Origin: Candidatus Undinarchaeota archaeon
GTDB lineage: Archaea > SpSt-1190
NCBI GenBank assembly: GCA_964549355.1
Contig: CAZJUS010000001.1
Coordinates: 1 to 21,106, forward strand
Direction: 5' to 3'
Length of the DNA: 21,106 bases
The position numbers were made by a program, and so were the translations under genes. Positions within the stretch are counted from its first letter, which is position 1. Every line of letters begins with the position of its first letter. Of this stretch, positions 8,190-16,280 are shown piece by piece. A model generated the notes under the pieces. It was not told the origin of the DNA, ran no database searches, and saw nothing but the letters and a program-made list of their open reading frames with translations.

Positions 8190-8851
8190 TTGCTCAACTC
8201 CATGAATCTCATGGAATCTTCATATAGAAATATGTTGTTGAAGAGCACGTAATCCTTTTTTTTCACCATCCCTTTGAGCCTCTCCAGGTCGGCATCCTTG
8301 AACCTGTAGCGGTACATGGTCGCCCCTATGCCGTTCAGATGGTAGTAGTTGGTCTTCTGCTTGATCGGCTTCTCTTCAAACGGGTTGACTATGTGGATTA
8401 TGTCCAGTTCGGAGAATACTTTTTCAATAGTCTCCCTTTTCCATTCGGGCGCTTCAAGGCCGATTTTGAATTTCCTGCCGACGGAGCCCATGAAATCCTC
8501 GATTTTTTTTATGTTGACGGCCTTGTCCGTGAAGTTCCGCGGGATCCTTGCGACCATGATTTTGGCGTCCAGGGCCTCCCCGATGCTTTTGATTTTCTCC
8601 CATGTGCCCAGGTCTGTGAAGTGGCTGACATGCGTTATCAGCTTGGGCAGTTTGACTGCGAACTCGAACTTGGGGTTTACCTCATCCACCTCCTTCCTCC
8701 AGGCCCGCCCGGTGCTGGTCTTTGGAAGCTGGGCGAAAGTGCTTGTCACTTCAACGAGAGGGAAAAGCCTGGCGTAGGCTGTCAGCCTGCTTTCACCCGG
8801 ATTCACAAACTTCTTGGGCAGGTAACTCCAACCGCAACAGCCGATCGCCAC
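8186..8851 (-). CDS. DUF72 (YecE-like TIM-barrel) family protein, divergent
   Basis: IGCCGWSY, YARLFPLVEVTSTF, FEFAVKLPKLITH, YRYRFKDADL, YVLFNN; TTTAA 26 nt upstream. Confidence 0.85.
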   Translation of the reverse strand: MAIGCCGWSYLPKKFVNPGESRLTAYARLFPLVEVTSTFAQLPKTSTGRAWRKEVDEVNPKFEFAVKLPKLITHVSHFTDLGTWEKIKSIGEALDAKIMVARIPRNFTDKAVNIKKIEDFMGSVGRKFKIGLEAPEWKRETIEKVFSELDIIHIVNPFEEKPIKQKTNYYHLNGIGATMYRYRFKDADLERLKGMVKKKDYVLFNNIFLYEDSMRFMELSK

Positions 8852-8927
8852 ACAATTATTAGGAGGCAGGGGTTAAAAAGATGCGGGGTGCGTCCGCCTC
8901 CATACTGCCTTAAATAAAGCCGGTGCC

Positions 8928-9761
8928 ATGCTTTCCGTGATTGCAGGCTTCGACCCCGGCGAAACTTCGGCCCTCGCAGTCGTGGACATTGACGGCAGAC
9001 TTATTTTCCTTAAGACCTTCCGGGGCGGTTTCAGGAAAGCAGTGGAGCTCCTCCGGGGCGCCCCCAAGCCCGCCATCGTAGCTTCTGACAAGACCCATCA
9101 AAGCAATGTGGCCAAGCTCGCAGCATCCTTCAATGCCAAGGCCTTCTTCCCCAAAAAGCATCTGACTGTTGCTGAGAAGGCCAAACTGGTCCGGGGCTTT
9201 GACACTGCCAACGACCACGAGCGGGACGCCCTTGCAGCGGCCCTCAACGCCCGCAAGACCTATCAGCGCCTCATCCGCAGTATGAAGCGCATAGAGCGCG
9301 ACATCTTCCTTGAAGTGCTCCGCGGCAGGGAGGCCAACCCCAAAGATGCCTTGAAAAGGAAGACTGCTGTCCTGCGGGGCCCGCCCCGCGGAGCAAAAAC
9401 CCTGTCCAGGAGCCGGATGGCCGAACTGGAGAGCCTCCAAAGACAGGTGGCGTCCCTCCAGCGCCGGCTCAAAGCCAAACAGCTCCAGCTGGATGCCCTG
9501 AGGGAGCAGGCCCGGACCGCTTCAGGCAGGTCCAAAACAGTCCAAAAGCCTCGCAGGGTCCTGTCCGGCGTGGCCAAGGCGGAAAGGGAGGCCCGGCTCC
9601 GCGTGGAGGCCCGGCTGAAGGAGTCCCACAGCAGGCTCCTGAAGATTGAAGCTGAACTGCAGGCCCTCAAGAGGGTTGCAAAAACCCGGCCTGAAAAGGT
9701 CAAGGATATTAGGGAGCGCATCATAGCAATGATTAAGGCTTACAAGGAGAGGTTCAGATGA
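8928..9761 (+). CDS. DUF460 family protein (RNase H-like N-terminus + basic coiled coil); start may be GTG 8937
   Basis: AGFDPGETSALAVVDIDG, GAPKPAIVASD, LTVAEK, NDHERDALAAA, then a long coiled coil. Confidence 0.85.
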   Translation: MLSVIAGFDPGETSALAVVDIDGRLIFLKTFRGGFRKAVELLRGAPKPAIVASDKTHQSNVAKLAASFNAKAFFPKKHLTVAEKAKLVRGFDTANDHERDALAAALNARKTYQRLIRSMKRIERDIFLEVLRGREANPKDALKRKTAVLRGPPRGAKTLSRSRMAELESLQRQVASLQRRLKAKQLQLDALREQARTASGRSKTVQKPRRVLSGVAKAEREARLRVEARLKESHSRLLKIEAELQALKRVAKTRPEKVKDIRERIIAMIKAYKERFR

Positions 9762-10330
9762 GGGTCAAAAAATTCATGGGCATGAAACTGGACAAGAAGA
9801 TGTCGGACAGGGCGACTTTCACAGCCCGCCTGCTGGTGCTCAGCCTCGTCTTCTTTTCAGTCTGGCTGATGAGCCCGACTTTTCCGAATCTGAAGTTCGC
9901 CACTGCCAAGCTTATTGCACTGACCACAGGCTCCGAGATGGTGGTGGGAATGGATGGAGCCTACTTTGTGACCCACGGCAGTTCTGCACCCGTCCTGATA
10001 GTGACTGACTGCGTCGGCTGGAAGGAGCTCTTTGTCCTGGCTTCGCTTTTCCTGGCCTGGCCGAAAAGGAAGAGCTGGAGGCGCCTCCTCTGTTCGGTTG
10101 GAATTATTCTGGTCTACAATATGGCCCGCCTTGACTTCCTGGTGCTCTCGGGCAGCTCCTTTGACTACTTCCACCCCGGCTTCCAGCTGGTCTCGATGGC
10201 AGTGGTCCTGGGGCTCTGGCTCTGGAGCGTCGGGAAGCTCGGCGGGAAGCTGAAGGCCAGGTCCGCATCCAAACCCCGCAGGAAGAAAGCGAAGCCTGCC
10301 GGGAAGAAAGCCAAAAAAAGGAAGAAGTAA
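9758..10330 (+). CDS. Archaeosortase/exosortase family protein
   Basis: Multi-TM protein with Cys in IVTDCVGW, Arg in YNMARL and His in FDYFH, matching the exosortase-type triad; ATGA overlap with DUF460. Confidence 0.8.
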   Translation: MRVKKFMGMKLDKKMSDRATFTARLLVLSLVFFSVWLMSPTFPNLKFATAKLIALTTGSEMVVGMDGAYFVTHGSSAPVLIVTDCVGWKELFVLASLFLAWPKRKSWRRLLCSVGIILVYNMARLDFLVLSGSSFDYFHPGFQLVSMAVVLGLWLWSVGKLGGKLKARSASKPRRKKAKPAGKKAKKRKK

Positions 10331-10361
10331 ATATTTTAACTGCCAAACTTCCAAGCCTCAA

Positions 10362-10664
10362 AGGGAGCTGGCGGATATGGCTGTCCTGTAGCCCCTGGCC
10401 GCAGGTCCGGGGCGAAGGGAGGAAGGTCCCCCCACCCAAGCCTGCTGAAGGCGGGCTGATGCAGACGGCTTCGAGAGGGGCCGGAGGCGGTGCAGAAACG
10501 AACCAAGGCCGTGGAGCAATGACCGGAGGGTAGCCGGGAAGCGGTGGCGGATGAAACGAGCGTCTCCCTGCCGGGTGCAACCCCGCAACTGGGGGCTTAG
10601 ATGAATGCCATGGGAATTTGCTTTCAGCAAACTCCAACAGAAGGGGGCCTACCGCCAGGACCCT
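10362..10664 (+). ncRNA. rnpB: Archaeal RNase P RNA, type-M-like
   Basis: CR-I GAGGAAGGTCCCCCCACCC (10419-10437) pairs with CR-V AACAGAAGGGGGCCT (10636-10650) as P4 with bulged U. Also CR-II GCAGAAAC, CR-III TGAAAC, GGGTGCAA, CR-IV CTTAGATGAAT, and P1 CTGGCGG/CCGCCAG. TTTAA 27 nt upstream. Confidence 0.95.
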
Positions 10665-10665
10665 G

Positions 10666-10671
10666 TTTTTT
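10666..10671 (+). terminator. Oligo-T archaeal terminator of RNase P RNA
   Basis: T6 run directly after the P1 3' strand. Confidence 0.6.
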
Positions 10672-10699
10672 GAAAATCCACAGCTGTCCAGGCCGTCTG

Positions 10700-11005
10700 T
10701 CAGTCGGATTCTCCGGGCTCTTTGTAATTTTCAATTGAAAAATTCGCAGGGAATATGCCCAAATTTTTGCCCGCAAGGTCCTTGCACTTTAGGATGAAAT
10801 GGGGCAGCTCATTGGGCTTTTTCGAATATTCCAATATTTCGATGCCGAGCGCGCCCATGTATTCTTTGATTTCGCCGGCCAGTTCTTCAGGCTCCAGATT
10901 TTTCAGGTATTTTTCGGCTTCACAGTAGAATTCCTTGTTGAATTCCCCCTTCCACTCCAGTTTTTCCGCATACATCTTTTCAAAAAGCGTCGACGCTTCT
11001 GCCAT
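10700..11005 (-). CDS. Hypothetical acidic protein
   Basis: 101-aa ORF; TTTAAG box 25 nt upstream of the ATG (11030-11025). Confidence 0.7.
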   Translation of the reverse strand: MAEASTLFEKMYAEKLEWKGEFNKEFYCEAEKYLKNLEPEELAGEIKEYMGALGIEILEYSKKPNELPHFILKCKDLAGKNLGIFPANFSIENYKEPGESD

Positions 11006-11035
11006 ACAATTATCAACCTTCGGCCTTAAATATTT

Positions 11036-12358
11036 TCATCTCAGCTGTCTGCCGAGGGCCTTGTCCATCTTCAGCAGGAAGCTCTTGAGTCCGCCCTCCT
11101 CAACAAAGGCGCCTGCTGCGATATCATGCCCCCCGCCCTCCTCGCCTTTGCCTGTGGCCTCCCGCATGGCCTTGCCCAGGTTCACGCCCATCTCGACCAG
11201 GTCCAAAGTAGCCCTGCCTGAAACCTTGTAGCCCCCTTCAGTGGGCACTATGGCAATGATGGGCTTCAGCGGGCTCACCACCCTGCTTGAGATGGCAATC
11301 CCAGCCACAATCCCGATTATGGTGGGCTTTATGGAGTCGCTTTCAAAGAGCTGGAAGTTGCGGAACTGGACGACCCCCTCCTCCTCAAGCTCCTCCATCC
11401 CGCGCGCCAGCAGCATCCTGTGTATCCTCAGCAGCTTTTTGGCCTCCTCATAGACATCCTCCCCCAGCATAATTTTTATCCCGATGTCCGGCCTGTCGTG
11501 CCTCCCGCAGGCATTCAGCAGGGTCGAGAATTCACTGCAGTCCCTCATTTCAGTTGTCTTCGGCCTTTTCGGAAGCACATAGTATTCGCCGAGCATGCGG
11601 TGGACTTTCACGCCGTGCTTCGCCCCGTACTTTATCAGCTCGCTGTGGAACCTCTCCTTCTCCTTTTTGGAAAGCATGTGGTAGGTGTCGTTGGGCTCAA
11701 GCTTGATTTTCTTGAGGAAGTCATAGCACGCGCCCATGTTTCCGCTCAGGCCCGGCAGGAAGGGCTCCGACATATACTTCATGAAAACCGAAAGCGGGCG
11801 GGTTTCCCTCCCGAAATACTTCAGGCCTTTCCTGGCCTCCACCCACTTGGTGTTGACCGGGATGCGGGCCAGCCCCGAAATCGGCCTGCGGGTCATCTGG
11901 TCGCCCACCATGCCCACCACTGCAGCTTCAGCCATCCTGTTGTCCCCAATCAGTTCGCGCGAGACCAGATAGCTCAGCATTGATGCGCTTATGGCCTGCG
12001 GGCCCCCTTCCAATCCGAGATAATGGGTGTTCAGCTGGTGCTTGGCGGGCTTGACCGGCTGATGATGGTCTATGATTACATGGCCTTCGGTCTTTTCAAT
12101 CTGCCCGGAGCCCAGGTCCACAAAAATCAAATCCCTGTCCCAGGGTATGCTGTCATAGACAGTTGGGTCCAGCTGCTTGACCGGCATGACTTCAAAATGC
12201 TTGCCCAGTTTTTTGAGGGCATTGGCCATCACGGCCCCGCTTGAAATACCGTCAGCATCAATATGACACACCACCACCGGATCTTCCAGTTGCTTGATCC
12301 GGAGGGCGACAGATTTCAGTGGTTTTCTTATTGATTTTATGGAAATGTCCTGTGCCAC
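11036..12358 (-). CDS. Archaeal RecJ-like DHH/DHHA1 protein (GAN/HAN/Cdc45-related)
   Basis: CHIDADGISS, FVDLGSG, IIDHH, GMVGD, EFSTLLNACGR, KVSGR, GGGHDIAAGA. Confidence 0.9.
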   Translation of the reverse strand: MAQDISIKSIRKPLKSVALRIKQLEDPVVVCHIDADGISSGAVMANALKKLGKHFEVMPVKQLDPTVYDSIPWDRDLIFVDLGSGQIEKTEGHVIIDHHQPVKPAKHQLNTHYLGLEGGPQAISASMLSYLVSRELIGDNRMAEAAVVGMVGDQMTRRPISGLARIPVNTKWVEARKGLKYFGRETRPLSVFMKYMSEPFLPGLSGNMGACYDFLKKIKLEPNDTYHMLSKKEKERFHSELIKYGAKHGVKVHRMLGEYYVLPKRPKTTEMRDCSEFSTLLNACGRHDRPDIGIKIMLGEDVYEEAKKLLRIHRMLLARGMEELEEEGVVQFRNFQLFESDSIKPTIIGIVAGIAISSRVVSPLKPIIAIVPTEGGYKVSGRATLDLVEMGVNLGKAMREATGKGEEGGGHDIAAGAFVEEGGLKSFLLKMDKALGRQLR

Positions 12359-12666
12359 TTACTTACCACCATGTCTTCTTCATTGATCTTTTTTCCCTTG
12401 GGTCCTCCCCCAAAACTGCCGAAAAGGACATATAAAAATAAAGCCAGTATGATGCCGGTGAGGGGGATGTTGCCCGACAAAGGAACTGAGAACAGGGCTG
12501 AAAAATAGAAAGTCTCCGCCAGGAATGTAGCCAAACTCGGTGCGGACCCTCCGGCTTCAAAGGACTTCAGCTTGATGTCTTCCCCTTTCTTGACCAGCTG
12601 TTCGTATATGTAGCCCAGGACCCATCCGCTGAGTATCAAGCCTGCAATTATCAGTACATCGGTCAT
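12337..12666 (-). CDS. Small membrane protein (about 3 TM helices)
   Basis: Three hydrophobic segments; GGAGTG RBS-like sequence upstream; overlaps the start of the DHH gene by 22 nt. Confidence 0.7.
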   Translation of the reverse strand: MTDVLIIAGLILSGWVLGYIYEQLVKKGEDIKLKSFEAGGSAPSLATFLAETFYFSALFSVPLSGNIPLTGIILALFLYVLFGSFGGGPKGKKINEEDMVVSKWHRTFP

Positions 12667-12767
12667 CTTTCCACTCCCGCTTTACCTAGAACAACAGCCG
12701 GCCGGCTTTTAAGCGTTGAGGCATCGGGGTTTGGCAAGGTTTTTAAGTGCTTCAAGCTCTCATCCCT

Positions 12768-13649
12768 GTGATTTACAAGAAATTTGGTGCATGGTACACC
12801 AAACACTTCAAGAAGCTGTTTGCAATCCCCATTATTGCTTTTCTGGCGGCCTCCGCAATCTTCGTCGGCAATTTTATTGAGCGGGGCGAGGTCTTCAGGA
12901 AGAATATTGATTTGAGCGGGGGGACTGTGGTCACCCTGTACCTTTCGGAAGTCCCGCAGGGCATGAAGGACGTATTTGAGTCGCACGAAATTTCAGTGAG
13001 GGAGATTCATTCAGTGACTACGGGGGAGCTGGTGGCCACCATCCTTGAGGCCGGCCCTGAGATACAGGAGGAGGATATAACGTCCCTCATCAACCAGACG
13101 CTCCCCGGCGCGGATTATGACATACGGAATGTCGGCCCTTCAATGGGGGACAGTTTTATGGAAAGCGCCAAGAAGGCGGTCATAATCAGTTTCATTTTGA
13201 TGGGCATAATACTGGCCGCTATTTTCCGCCAGCCCATAGTGGCGTTCACAGTAATCCTTTCGGGCTTCCTCAATGTCTATGAAGCTTCGGCGCTCATGAC
13301 AGTCTTCGGCATAAAGCTGTCCCCGCATACCATCGGGGCGCTCCTGATGCTCATGGGCTGGAGTGTGGACAGCGAGGTCTTGTTCGATTCGAAGATTTTC
13401 AAGGAGCAGGGGGGGACTTCAATCGGGAAAGCCCTTGAAGCCATGAAGACTGCCATGACCATGAGCGCTGCGGTCTTTGCAATTTTGATTGCGCTCTACT
13501 TTGTGTCGTCATCAAAGATGGTGAAGGAGATTGCACTGGTGCTCTTCTTCGGCGCAACCTTTGATGTGATAAACACATGGTTCCAGAGCCTCTCCACTGT
13601 GCTGTGGTTTGTGGAGTCGAAGGAAAAAAAGGAGGCCGAGAGGATATGA
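12768..13649 (+). CDS. secF: Protein translocase subunit SecF (ORF open from 12747; GTG 12768 preferred)
   Basis: IDLSGGT, VGPSMG, six-TM pattern, LLMLMGWSVDSEV, AMKTAMTMS, DVINTWF. CAAGG-TTTTTAAG promoter lies 26 nt before GTG 12768. Confidence 0.9.
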   Translation: MIYKKFGAWYTKHFKKLFAIPIIAFLAASAIFVGNFIERGEVFRKNIDLSGGTVVTLYLSEVPQGMKDVFESHEISVREIHSVTTGELVATILEAGPEIQEEDITSLINQTLPGADYDIRNVGPSMGDSFMESAKKAVIISFILMGIILAAIFRQPIVAFTVILSGFLNVYEASALMTVFGIKLSPHTIGALLMLMGWSVDSEVLFDSKIFKEQGGTSIGKALEAMKTAMTMSAAVFAILIALYFVSSSKMVKEIALVLFFGATFDVINTWFQSLSTVLWFVESKEKKEAERI

Positions 13650-14869
13650 ACCTGAAACTGCAAAGGATGCTCATGAAGCCCCGCATGATACTCCTGGGCC
13701 TGATTTTTTTGTGGGCTGTCTTCCAGCTTCACCCCTGGAGCGGGCTGGGGGTGGAATGGGGTTTTGACATCCAGGGCGGCTCGCGCATAATCCTCCGCCC
13801 CACCAACCAGACCATCAACCTCGAAGACATAACCACTGTAATCCAGAACAGGCTCAATATCTACGGCCTGAAGGATATCCGCGTCCGCGGGGCCAGCGAC
13901 CTGAACAACAAGTATGTGGTGGTCGAGGCGGCGGGCCTCAGCGAGGAGGATATAGACGCCCTGCTGGGAAGCGAGGGCAGGTTTGAGGGCAAGATAGGCA
14001 ACATCACCATCTTCACCAACAAGGACATCCGCGTCGACAAGACCCGGCAGAGGTTTTATTTCGACCGCGCCTCGGGCATCTACAGGTACAACATACCCAT
14101 CATACTCAGCCAGGAGGCGGCCAAGGCATTCGCCGAGGCCACCAAAGATTTGGTCCCCCTCGGGTACAATGTCAACAGCTCTTACCTTGACAAGAAGCTC
14201 AGCCTTTATATCGACGGCATCTCCCTTGAGAATCTAAGCATTGCTGCGGACATGAGGGGCAGGGAAATTCCAAGCGCCGAGGTGAGCGGAGGGGCGCCGA
14301 CTTATGGGGAGGCCAAGACCCGCAGGGACAGGATGGTCGCCATCCTCATGACGGGCTCGGTCCCCACCAAGCTGGAGATGGTGAGTGTGCAGGATGTCTC
14401 GCCCATCCTGGGAGGCGAATTCCTCCGGAGCACTGCTTTGGCGGCCCTTGCCGCTGCGGGCCTGCTCGGCGCCGTCCTTTATTTCAGATACCGCAACCTG
14501 CAGGTGGTGGGGGCGATTCTGGCAACTGCCATCCTGGAGATTCTAATAACCATGTCAGTGGCCGGCTTCATCAACTGGCAGCTGGACCTCAGTGCAATCG
14601 CAGGGCTCATAATCACCCTCGGCACAGGAGTGAACCAGCAGATTATAATGACTGATGAAGTGATTCACGAATACAGCAGGCAGAAAGTCGGCACTGCCAT
14701 GTTCGTCATCCTGGCGTCCTTCGGCACCATGGTGGCTGTCATGTTCCCCCTGATGTTCATCGGTGTCGGCAGTGTGCGGGGCTTTGCGGTCACCACAATC
14801 ATCGGCGTGACTATTGGATATTTCTTTACCCGCCCGGCTTATCTGGGCATCCTGGAGGAAATAGTTTAA
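13646..14869 (+). CDS. secD: Protein translocase subunit SecD
   Basis: GFDIQGGSRI, RLNIYGLKD, GRFEGKI, LMTGSVP, VSPILG, LDLSAIAGLI, GFAVTTIIG, TRPAY; ATGA overlap with the secF stop. Confidence 0.9.
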   Translation: MNLKLQRMLMKPRMILLGLIFLWAVFQLHPWSGLGVEWGFDIQGGSRIILRPTNQTINLEDITTVIQNRLNIYGLKDIRVRGASDLNNKYVVVEAAGLSEEDIDALLGSEGRFEGKIGNITIFTNKDIRVDKTRQRFYFDRASGIYRYNIPIILSQEAAKAFAEATKDLVPLGYNVNSSYLDKKLSLYIDGISLENLSIAADMRGREIPSAEVSGGAPTYGEAKTRRDRMVAILMTGSVPTKLEMVSVQDVSPILGGEFLRSTALAALAAAGLLGAVLYFRYRNLQVVGAILATAILEILITMSVAGFINWQLDLSAIAGLIITLGTGVNQQIIMTDEVIHEYSRQKVGTAMFVILASFGTMVAVMFPLMFIGVGSVRGFAVTTIIGVTIGYFFTRPAYLGILEEIV

Positions 14870-14898
14870 GTTTTAAACTACGGCGCCATAGTTATTAA

Positions 14899-15900
14899 AT
14901 GCAGATTATTGTACCTGTTGGATATCGGGAGGATTTTCCCGTTCTCAAAAAACCCCAGACTTTTCTGAAGCTGGCTTCGCGCGAGCTGTTTTCCAGCCTG
15001 CTGGAAAAAATGAAAAACCATGAAGTCATTGTGGTCACTCCCTTCCCCAAGCTTTTCAAGGACTATGAAGTCCAGGTCGTGAGGGATGAAGGGAGCGGGA
15101 GCGCGTCTTCCCTCAAGGCAGTTGAAAAAATTGTTGAAGGTTCATTCGTAGTCCATTATTCCGACATATTCACTCCTTTCCGCGTGGAGCCGCTCATCAA
15201 ATTCCACCAGGAAAAAGGGGCCACCATTTCAATCGGCCTCACACAGTCGCCGACTCCATGGTACCATGGGGTGGTGAGCACCGACCCCGACGGCAGGGTG
15301 GTCCGCTACCTCTACAAGCCCCGTCCGGACCTGATTTTCTCCAACAGGGTTTCATCCGGCATTTTTGTCATGGAGCCGGAAGTTTTTGACAAAATTCCGT
15401 ACAAGATGCGCATGAACGAGCTGATTTCCTATTTTGTCCATATGAAGGCTCCGGTGTACGGCTATGAGTTCCGCCCGTTCTGGTATCATATCGGGGGGGT
15501 GGCCCAGTATGTGGACGCCAACAATGATTTCCTCCGCCGGAGGATGGAGCTGACGCAGAAGAATGTTGAAGGCGTGAATATCTATCCGCCCGTTTATTTG
15601 AATGGCATCAAAGGAAAGCTGGGTTTTATTGGCCCAAGTGTATCCGCTGAAGAGGTCAAGCTCGGCAGGAATGTAAAGATTGTGAATTCAGTAATCCTTC
15701 CCGGCGTTAGAATTTCTGACAATGTGCGCATCTCCGACTCTGTCATAGGTCCGAAGGCAGTCCTTGAAAAAAATTCGGTCGTTACTGAAAGCCTGGTTGG
15801 GGAAGGTTCGCGTGCAGGGGAAGGAGCCAAAATTGGCCGAAGCGTAATTGGAATCAAAAAAGAAGTAATGGAAAATGTGTTTGAAATCAAGCTTATCTAG
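14899..15900 (+). CDS. Sugar-phosphate nucleotidyltransferase-like protein with C-terminal left-handed beta-helix; catalytic motifs degenerate
   Basis: FVVHYSDI, LIKFH, PWYHGVV, YKP, SGIFVMEPEVF, FWYHIG, hexapeptide repeats (NSVI, DSVIG, ESLVG, RSVIG); TTTAAA 27 nt upstream. Confidence 0.85.
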   Translation: MQIIVPVGYREDFPVLKKPQTFLKLASRELFSSLLEKMKNHEVIVVTPFPKLFKDYEVQVVRDEGSGSASSLKAVEKIVEGSFVVHYSDIFTPFRVEPLIKFHQEKGATISIGLTQSPTPWYHGVVSTDPDGRVVRYLYKPRPDLIFSNRVSSGIFVMEPEVFDKIPYKMRMNELISYFVHMKAPVYGYEFRPFWYHIGGVAQYVDANNDFLRRRMELTQKNVEGVNIYPPVYLNGIKGKLGFIGPSVSAEEVKLGRNVKIVNSVILPGVRISDNVRISDSVIGPKAVLEKNSVVTESLVGEGSRAGEGAKIGRSVIGIKKEVMENVFEIKLI

Positions 15901-15916
15901 CCGGCAGGTCCGGGTC

Positions 15917-16159
15917 CTAAACTAAATCTTCTTCGCTGACTATCACAAAGTCGCCCATGCTGACAACAGCAGTGAATGAAATTCTCAGCTCAGTTCCAAG
16001 TATATTCTTGGCGTACTGGGTCGGGCTTGTGAGCACAATATTGAGCAGTTCGCCTGTCGCGGGGTCGAAGGTGACATCCCCCACCAGGCCGAATCTCCTG
16101 CCTTCTTTGCTGACTACTGTTTTGCCTATGATGTTTTTACCTTTGATCTTGTCCTCCAT
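15917..16159 (-). CDS. Single PRC-barrel domain protein (CdpB-like)
   Basis: IIGKTVVSKEGRRFGLVGDVTFDPATGEL...ISFTAVVSMGDFVIV. GGTGA RBS precedes ATG 16159; promoter GAAAGG-TATATTAA at ~16204-16191 on the minus strand. Confidence 0.88.
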   Translation of the reverse strand: MEDKIKGKNIIGKTVVSKEGRRFGLVGDVTFDPATGELLNIVLTSPTQYAKNILGTELRISFTAVVSMGDFVIVSEEDLV

Positions 16160-16280
16160 GATTTTCACCTGTCAACACCAGTTTTAAACATTAATATACC
16201 TTTCCAAATCTGCAATCTGCACACTGTGCCTTGTTGAGGGGGTTACAAACGCATAAATCCAAGTAATACGATATATTCTT

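Noticed and set aside
10104..10637. Minus-strand ORFs of 177, 165 and 90 aa
   Set aside because: Antisense shadows of the RNase P RNA and the archaeosortase gene; low-complexity Pro/Arg/Ser composition.
13577..13645. Longer secD start at 13577
   Set aside because: Lies inside secF; the ATGA-coupled ATG at 13646 with upstream GGAGG/GAGG is more plausible.
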